Assembly (NCBI GenBank): GCA_964599875.1
Contig: CAZRHE010000001.1
Span: forward strand, 59,411-123,410
Direction of reading: 5' to 3'
DNA from: an uncultured Bacteroidaceae bacterium
Lineage (GTDB): Bacteria > Bacillota > Clostridia > Christensenellales > CAG-917
DNA: 64,000 nt
Part shown: positions 58,274-64,000 of the stretch, piece by piece
Layout of the letters: every line of letters begins with the position of its first letter
How positions within the stretch are numbered: the stretch's first letter is position 1
Program-made: the position numbers and the translations under genes
The notes under the pieces: model-generated
What the model saw: the letters and a program-made list of their open reading frames with translations, nothing else
Told to the model about the DNA's origin: nothing
Databases searched by the model: none

Positions 58274-61200
58274 TTACGCCTTCTTTACGTACTTGACGAC
58301 TTCGTAAGTCGCGCCGTCCACGGTGATTTCGGTCGCTTCTCCGTCGACCTCGTAAATTCCGAGGAATCCCGTATCCGTTACGGTTGCGGAAGAGATAACG
58401 TACACCACGTCGCGGTCGGAAGTTATTCCGCCTGCGTTTTCGGAGTTGTTTTCGCCTATCATCTTAATATTTTCCGCAACGTCCTTGCTCAAAACGTACA
58501 CGGTTTTGAGTGCCGACGTATTCGCGAATGCGTCCGTGCCGAGTCCGGAATATTCGTCCTCGCTCACTTCGACGCTTGCAAGAGTTACGTTTTCGGGGAT
58601 ATAAGCGGTCGTGAGTTTCGAGCAGTCCGCAAACGCGCGGTTGCCGATATAAATCACGTTCTTCATTCCGCTGACCGCGGTAAGTTCGGAACAACCCTCG
58701 AACGCGCCGTTGCCGATGACTTTCACGGTTTCGGGAAGAACCACTCCGACAAGTGCGGTGCAACCTGCGAACGCGCCGTCGTCCACTTCGGTGAGTTTGG
58801 TCTTAGAGAGGTCGAGAGATGCAATCGCGGTACAACCGTAGAATGCATTCATTCCGATTTCTTCGAGTGCGACGGATGCGCTGAAATCGATGGTGTTGTC
58901 TTCGGTTTCGGTGACGAGTCCGAGAGAGGTACAACCGTAGAACGCTCTGTCGCCGATGGACTTGACCGCCGCCGAGAAGTGATTTGCGGGTGCGTAAATG
59001 TAGTCGTCGGAAACCTTGTACACGTAGGTGATCACGTCGTAATAAGACTTGCCCGTGCCGTAGAGGTTGCCAAGGTTGCCGTTGTAGGATTCAATCGTGT
59101 TGGGGAAGCAGACTGCATCGTAATCCGTTGCGGTTGCAAACGCGCCTTCGTCGAATGCGGTGATGCTGTAAGTCTTCTTCATATCCGCCGTATCCGCATC
59201 CACGTATGCGGGGATGATGATAAGTCCGTCTATGACGCTGACGTTTGCATTGGAAATTATAGTCGCCTTGCCCGTTGCGTTTGCGGTGAGGTTATCGGGA
59301 TTCTCGTAATTGGAGAAAGTGAACTTCTCGACGGACGTGGTAACCGAATCGCTTTCCTTATAGAATTTTACGTTTGCATTGAGTTCTTCGTCCGTGGAAA
59401 GATATGCTTTTGCATATTCGCGGAAATACTCGTTATCGGGGAGATTGATATCGCCCGTGACTGCAGAGAGTGCGTCGGGGGCAAGATAAACCTTTCTCGT
59501 CCATTCTTCGACGAGGTCGCAACCGTCCGTGCCTTCTCCGTCGCGATAAATGGTTTCGGTGAATGCAACGGGGATATAAACGTTGAGGCTTGCTTTGACG
59601 ACGCCGGTTATGGTCACGTCGCCGACGTAATAGACGGTTTCTTCGGTTATTCTCAAAGAGTCGATGCCGATAGACGCGGTCTTGAGGTCGCCCTTATTGT
59701 CGAAAGAGCGGACTTGTTTGAGCGCGGTGCAGCCCGAGAATGCGTCTTCCCCTATCCAAGTGACGGAATAAGGAATATAGACGTATTCGACTTTCTTATC
59801 GTTCTTGAACGCGTTGTTCGCGATGCCGACTATGGTATATTCTTCGACGTCTTTCGTTGCGCTTGCGTTATATTTGCCTTGGTCGTTGAGTTTGACTTTT
59901 GACGGAACCGCAACGGTCGCTTGGTGCGCGCTGCTTATTCCGACGATAACCGCCTCGTGATTTGCCGCAGAGGTAATCTTGTAAGTGAAGGTGTTTGCGT
60001 CGGTGTCGAGGGTGACGGAGTAAATGAAGGTCGAATATACGAGTCCTTTATCCGCCGTGCCGTAGACGACGCCCGCGGTATGATAACCGAGTTCAGTCGT
60101 ATCGATATCGATTTTCTTCGAGCCGTATTTGTTTTCCGCATCCGTTCTGCTGATGACGGTCACGTCTTGGAGAGTGACGACTTTTTCTTTTCCGTCGTCC
60201 ATAACGACGAGGAATTTCGCCTCTTTATACTTCGACGTCGCGTCGCTGTTGACGGACAACGAGAATGCGGTTATAGGTTTGATAGATTTATTCTTGGGTT
60301 CGTCCACTCTGTATTCGAAAATCTTCGAATATTCCGCAAGACCTTGATAGTTGATCTTCACGGTCAAAGGTTTCTTGTCCCCGCGTTGAGGAGCGTAACC
60401 GCTACATTCGATTTGTTCGTCGTCGAGAGCGAGTTTGCCGTCCGTTCCGTCAACGTACTTGAACGTAACGCCGAGTCCTTTCTTCGGGAGAGAGTTTTGA
60501 GTGGTGTAGAAAGTGGGTACGCCGATTTGTTCGACGCCGTTGTCGTCGGTGTGATAGAACTTAATTGTGGAATCGTCTATCGCCATAAAGACTTCGTAAT
60601 TAAGAGTCGTGCTTACGACGTCGTAGTCCGCGCCGCTTGCATCGACGCCGCCGCCTATCGTGAAGGACAATGCGTGCACGCCTTTATCCCCTGCGTCGCT
60701 TGCGAAGATTATGGATGCGATAGGAAGATTTTCCGTTCTTTCAACGCCGTCCGTTCTGCGCACGATTGCGCCGTCGACGAAGTTAAGTCCGTCTGCGGTG
60801 AGAAGTCCTTGCGCCGCCCAAGCGGTCGAGAAATCGATTGCGTTGCCGTCCGAGAGATACTTCACGGGAATTTCGCTCGAGAATCTTGCGGATTCGGTTG
60901 CAAGGCGTTTGATTCTGTCCGCGTTGCCCGCCGCAAAGGTCTTCCAAGATTGGATAGAATCCTCGTCGCCCGCCGCGGACGTCGAAGTCATAATTCTGTC
61001 GTACGGCGTCTTGTAGAAGTAGAAGTTGAGGTTTGCGTTGACGATTTCTCCGTCCGAGCCCGAGAACGCGTTGTTTTCGATATACGGGAACGCAAGGTCG
61101 GTGTCTATGAAACTAATCGCCTTGAGGGTGGTCACTCCGTAGAACGCCTCGGTTTCGATGATTTCGAGAGCGGAATCGACGGGGATGATGATATTCGTGA

Positions 61201-63724
61201 TTTTCGCGTTGCTGGATGCGAACGCTCTGGACGCGATTTTCTTGATTTCCGCGGGGAAACTGAGAATAGAATCGTGTCCCGTGTAGTTGACCAAAGTGTA
61301 GTTGACGACGACGAAACCGTCCTTGATGAAGGTGCCTGCGTGGCCCGTGGATTCGGTGCCGATTTCGCTTCTTATCCACTTGGTGCTGGTGAACGCGGTG
61401 GAATCAACGCTAACGATTTCGGACGCGTCCATAAACTTAATGGAAGTCACGCTGTTTGCGCCGTAGAACGCGTTAGGTGCAATAACTTTGATTCCGGACG
61501 GAATGACCGCACTGCTCGAAGACGTCGCAAGGAATTTGTAGAAAATGCTACCTATACGGAGATAAGTGCTTTCGTCGACGTCCGTGGTTTCGGGATCGTC
61601 CGCAGGTTTGCTGTTGATAAACGCGGTTTCTTTGAGTGCGTCAGCCGCGATATATTCGAGGTTTGCACCGCCCTCTATAGTTTTGAGGTTGGTCGATTGG
61701 AAGAACGCGCAACTGCCGATTTCTTTGAACGAGTCGCCGATGGTTATCTTTTCGAGGTTGGAGAGTTTGTAGAACGCATATGGTGCAATGACGGTCAAAT
61801 TGTCGAATTCGGAACCGGACAAATCGAGTTCGGTGACGGTTTGGTCGCCGACGTAGCCGATGAGAACGGTGCCGAGAGATACGAACTCGGTGCCATTGTT
61901 TTGCGCGTAGTAGTTATACCATTCGGTGGACACGAACGCGTCTTTGCCGATAGAGGTAATTTTGGAAGTCGCGGGGTGTTTGATTTCGCGGAGGTTTGCG
62001 CAAGATGCAAACGCGGTTGCCCCGATAGTCGTGAGAGAGGTTGTTTGAGATGCGTCGATGACGTTGAGGAACATAAGGTTCAAACCTGCCGACGCACCGA
62101 TTTCGGTGACGGGAAGTCCTTCGATCGTATCGGGAATCACGAGCACGTTGACGGCAGCGTCTTTGACGAGGTCGATACGCACGGTGCCGTCCGCTTTCTT
62201 CGTGTAGTTGTAAAGATATTCGGTGAAATATTTTTCTTTTTGCGCAGAGGTGAGATCTTCTTTAAGAGTCCACTTCGCATAAAGTTCGATATCCGCAGTC
62301 AAGGTTCCGCCGGTGTAAAGTTCGTCTTCTCGATATGCAGACGAGGTGTACCAACCTTCGACGTAGTAGCACGCTTCGCCGTCGACGATACCTTTGACGA
62401 TTTGACCTTTGAGGATTTCGGGGTCTGCGGAAACGGTGACTTTCTTTTTAGAGTCTTTCGTTGCGGAGCAGGTCGCGTAATAGTCCGCAAGATTCGCGCC
62501 GTAGGAAAGTCCGCCGAACGAGAGTTGTATGGGTTTGTCGGTGAGGTAGTTTTGAGTGTAATTAGGGTCGTACTCCGCGTCGCCTGCGTGATAGCCGTTT
62601 GCATAGACGACGTCCATATCGAGTTGAGTTTTGTCGGTGTCGATTGCGTTATCGCCCTTGAATTCGCCGCCCATGAGATAGTAAGTCACGCTATATTCTC
62701 TGACTTCCCACATAGCGTAAAGGGTGAAGTTTTCTCCGCCGACTTTGGAGTTGAAGTTCCACACGTCGCCGGTCTTATCCGCTTTGGTGTTCCAACCTGC
62801 GAAGGTGTAACCGGTGAGAGTGTTGATATCGTGGACGTTGGGTCTGGTCACGACGCCGTTATATTTGACTGCGTTGACCGTCCAAGAACCGTTCTCCGCA
62901 CCATCGGGGAGAGTGTTGTCGGTTGCGGGTGCCCAAGTATCAACGCCTTCGGGAAGGTTGATATCGAAAGTCACGCCGATATACGCGTTCGTCCAAGTTG
63001 CGGTCAAAGTCGTATTTTCGTTGAAAGTGATTGCATCCGTCGTGGAAGAGTTGTAAACAGTGCTACCCTTCTTCCAACTTTCAAGAGCAAATCCCGATTT
63101 AGACACGGGGAATTGCGCGACGAGTTCGGACCAAGTGTAGGACGAGCCTTGTGGGACTTTTGCGGTTGCGACGTCGCCGTTGGTCGAACCGAATTGCGCC
63201 ACGCCGCCGTCGAGTTTGAAGGACAACTCGATAAGGCTTGCAGTCACCCTCTCTTGCAAGTGAAGGAAGAACGAGCCTCCGATTTCGTTGCCGTCCACCG
63301 TCTTATTGACGAAAATGCTGTGGTGTCCCGCGACTTTGATCAGTTTCTTGCTTTCCGCGGTGAGCATATCTTCGGTGAGCGGTTGACCTTCGCCGACCGT
63401 GTAAACGTTCTTCTTATCCACCGTCTTCACGTAGTTGACGTGATAGAGGACGTTTTCGAGTTTGAACTCGTCGACGTAAATGTCCATAAACACCGACGGA
63501 GCCTGCGTCACGTAAGAGAACGTGAGATAGACGGGTTCACCGGGATTCGTATCGACGTCGGGAGTCGGAGTAGTGTCCGAAGAAGTGCCCCCGCCGCCGA
63601 GAACGCCGTCAGGCAACGGTTGGGACATGTCTTGAGGTGTGGAATCGTTGTTACATGCGACGAGGACGCCGATCATGAGAACGATCAACACGAAAATTAC
63701 AGATAATTTCACGACCTTATTCAT
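58274..63724 (-). CDS. Giant surface lipoprotein (1816 aa) with Listeria-Bacteroides (Flg_new) repeats and BspA-type leucine-rich repeats
   Basis: Start re-set to the ATG at 63724 (GGAGGGTTAGT RBS). Lipobox VLVAC. TGYTFAGWNTKADKTGDVWNF...LYAMW is Flg_new-like. Many IG..AF..C..L segments (IGDRAFYGCTSL, IGNGAFEGCSEL, IGNRAFADCSKL) are LRR_5-like. Confidence 0.8.
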   Translation of the reverse strand: MNKVVKLSVIFVLIVLMIGVLVACNNDSTPQDMSQPLPDGVLGGGGTSSDTTPTPDVDTNPGEPVYLTFSYVTQAPSVFMDIYVDEFKLENVLYHVNYVKTVDKKNVYTVGEGQPLTEDMLTAESKKLIKVAGHHSIFVNKTVDGNEIGGSFFLHLQERVTASLIELSFKLDGGVAQFGSTNGDVATAKVPQGSSYTWSELVAQFPVSKSGFALESWKKGSTVYNSSTTDAITFNENTTLTATWTNAYIGVTFDINLPEGVDTWAPATDNTLPDGAENGSWTVNAVKYNGVVTRPNVHDINTLTGYTFAGWNTKADKTGDVWNFNSKVGGENFTLYAMWEVREYSVTYYLMGGEFKGDNAIDTDKTQLDMDVVYANGYHAGDAEYDPNYTQNYLTDKPIQLSFGGLSYGANLADYYATCSATKDSKKKVTVSADPEILKGQIVKGIVDGEACYYVEGWYTSSAYREDELYTGGTLTADIELYAKWTLKEDLTSAQKEKYFTEYLYNYTKKADGTVRIDLVKDAAVNVLVIPDTIEGLPVTEIGASAGLNLMFLNVIDASQTTSLTTIGATAFASCANLREIKHPATSKITSIGKDAFVSTEWYNYYAQNNGTEFVSLGTVLIGYVGDQTVTELDLSGSEFDNLTVIAPYAFYKLSNLEKITIGDSFKEIGSCAFFQSTNLKTIEGGANLEYIAADALKETAFINSKPADDPETTDVDESTYLRIGSIFYKFLATSSSSAVIPSGIKVIAPNAFYGANSVTSIKFMDASEIVSVDSTAFTSTKWIRSEIGTESTGHAGTFIKDGFVVVNYTLVNYTGHDSILSFPAEIKKIASRAFASSNAKITNIIIPVDSALEIIETEAFYGVTTLKAISFIDTDLAFPYIENNAFSGSDGEIVNANLNFYFYKTPYDRIMTSTSAAGDEDSIQSWKTFAAGNADRIKRLATESARFSSEIPVKYLSDGNAIDFSTAWAAQGLLTADGLNFVDGAIVRRTDGVERTENLPIASIIFASDAGDKGVHALSFTIGGGVDASGADYDVVSTTLNYEVFMAIDDSTIKFYHTDDNGVEQIGVPTFYTTQNSLPKKGLGVTFKYVDGTDGKLALDDEQIECSGYAPQRGDKKPLTVKINYQGLAEYSKIFEYRVDEPKNKSIKPITAFSLSVNSDATSKYKEAKFLVVMDDGKEKVVTLQDVTVISRTDAENKYGSKKIDIDTTELGYHTAGVVYGTADKGLVYSTFIYSVTLDTDANTFTYKITSAANHEAVIVGISSAHQATVAVPSKVKLNDQGKYNASATKDVEEYTIVGIANNAFKNDKKVEYVYIPYSVTWIGEDAFSGCTALKQVRSFDNKGDLKTASIGIDSLRITEETVYYVGDVTITGVVKASLNVYIPVAFTETIYRDGEGTDGCDLVEEWTRKVYLAPDALSAVTGDINLPDNEYFREYAKAYLSTDEELNANVKFYKESDSVTTSVEKFTFSNYENPDNLTANATGKATIISNANVSVIDGLIIIPAYVDADTADMKKTYSITAFDEGAFATATDYDAVCFPNTIESYNGNLGNLYGTGKSYYDVITYVYKVSDDYIYAPANHFSAAVKSIGDRAFYGCTSLGLVTETEDNTIDFSASVALEEIGMNAFYGCTAIASLDLSKTKLTEVDDGAFAGCTALVGVVLPETVKVIGNGAFEGCSELTAVSGMKNVIYIGNRAFADCSKLTTAYIPENVTLASVEVSEDEYSGLGTDAFANTSALKTVYVLSKDVAENIKMIGENNSENAGGITSDRDVVYVISSATVTDTGFLGIYEVDGEATEITVDGATYEVVKYVKKA

Positions 63725-63769
63725 ACTAACCCTCCGCGCGTAAGCGCGCAAATATAGTTATACGCTTAT

Positions 63770-63799
63770 AATATATCACTCGACTACCCCGCGTGTCAA
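63770..63799 (-). promoter_or_regulatory. Candidate promoter of the giant lipoprotein operon
   Basis: TTGACA, 18 nt, TGATATATT (extended -10), about 45 nt before the ATG. Confidence 0.5.
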
Positions 63800-63845
63800 T
63801 AATATATTTTTCGTTTTGCGCAAATTCGGCGTTTTGAAATCGCGA

Positions 63846-63868
63846 TTTCGACAAAATTCTCCGTTTTT
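63846..63868 (+). repeat. Copy 2 of the T-rich ~22-nt intergenic motif
   Basis: TTTCGACAAAATTCTCCGTTTTT. A partial third copy, TTTCGACAAATTTTTCC, lies near 63964. Confidence 0.5.
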
Positions 63869-64000
63869 CGCACCGCGATTTTTCTCCTAAAAAACGACGA
63901 GATCCGCCCTTTTTCGAGCGGATTTTTATGTGAATTTCAAGCGTTATTTTCGCGCTTTTTCGACAAATTTTTCCTTTTATTTTTTCTCTCTTTGCTTTGC

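Noticed and set aside
58247-63706. 551-aa and 1261-aa plus-strand ORFs
   Set aside because: Both are antisense to the giant LRR/Flg_new lipoprotein gene. The translations are V/R/F/D-rich with no signal or domain pattern, so they are shadow ORFs.
1-64000. Search by eye for tRNA/rRNA genes, CRISPR repeat arrays, IS elements, integrases, reverse transcriptases and prophage structural genes
   Set aside because: None found. All intergenic regions longer than 150 bp were read on both strands and contain only promoters, terminators, one riboswitch and short repeats.

Overview
This 64-kb segment looks like chromosome from a spore-forming Firmicute of the Clostridia type. Supporting signs are yabP/yabQ, many lipobox (L-x-A-C) lipoproteins, GGAGG-type RBSs and ATGA-coupled operons. 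I call 55 protein genes, 46 of them on the minus strand. I saw no rRNA, tRNA, CRISPR array, transposase or integrase. Most long ORFs in the six-frame track that lie opposite these genes are antisense shadow ORFs, and several track ORFs carry false N-terminal extensions. I re-set those starts using the RBS.

Gene content from left to right:
- A DapB-ACT fusion and cdd.
- An EamA transporter, birA, and a split Na+-translocating oxaloacetate-decarboxylase operon.
- A fused ABC-ATPase/FtsX permease.
- Mrp/ApbC, a TSCPD protein and a C45 peptidase.
- A PHP phosphatase translationally coupled to a compact AlaRS.
- yabP and yabQ.
- A cobalamin riboswitch controlling a lipoprotein plus an ECF-S-like membrane protein.
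- A LacI-controlled glycan-utilisation locus (about 20.2-33.1 kb) with an ABC importer, two GH30 enzymes and two lipoproteins built from an unassigned repeated PWCWFHIY module.
- An orphan MsmX-like ATPase.
- A tightly coupled HAD / CAT-like / TIR-like operon at 35.0-37.7 kb.
- A DUF2130-like nuclease-fold gene followed by a small acidic protein.
- A hypB-hypB-(952-aa Fe-S flavoprotein)-hypA operon with no hydrogenase in view.
- A NERD/Zn-finger protein.
- A glucuronide/hexuronate operon (uxaC-uxuA-SDR-eda-kdgK-GH2-GPH) with a divergent AraC regulator.
- trmO, GDPD and ydcF, then an 1816-aa LRR/Flg_new surface lipoprotein.

The best candidate for an undescribed system is the HAD / CAT-like / Cap12-PycTIR-type TIR protein cassette. 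It is bracketed by two 36-nt near-identical promoter copies and has no recognisable cyclase or Thoeris partner. All functional calls rest on motif recognition by eye. No database search was run.
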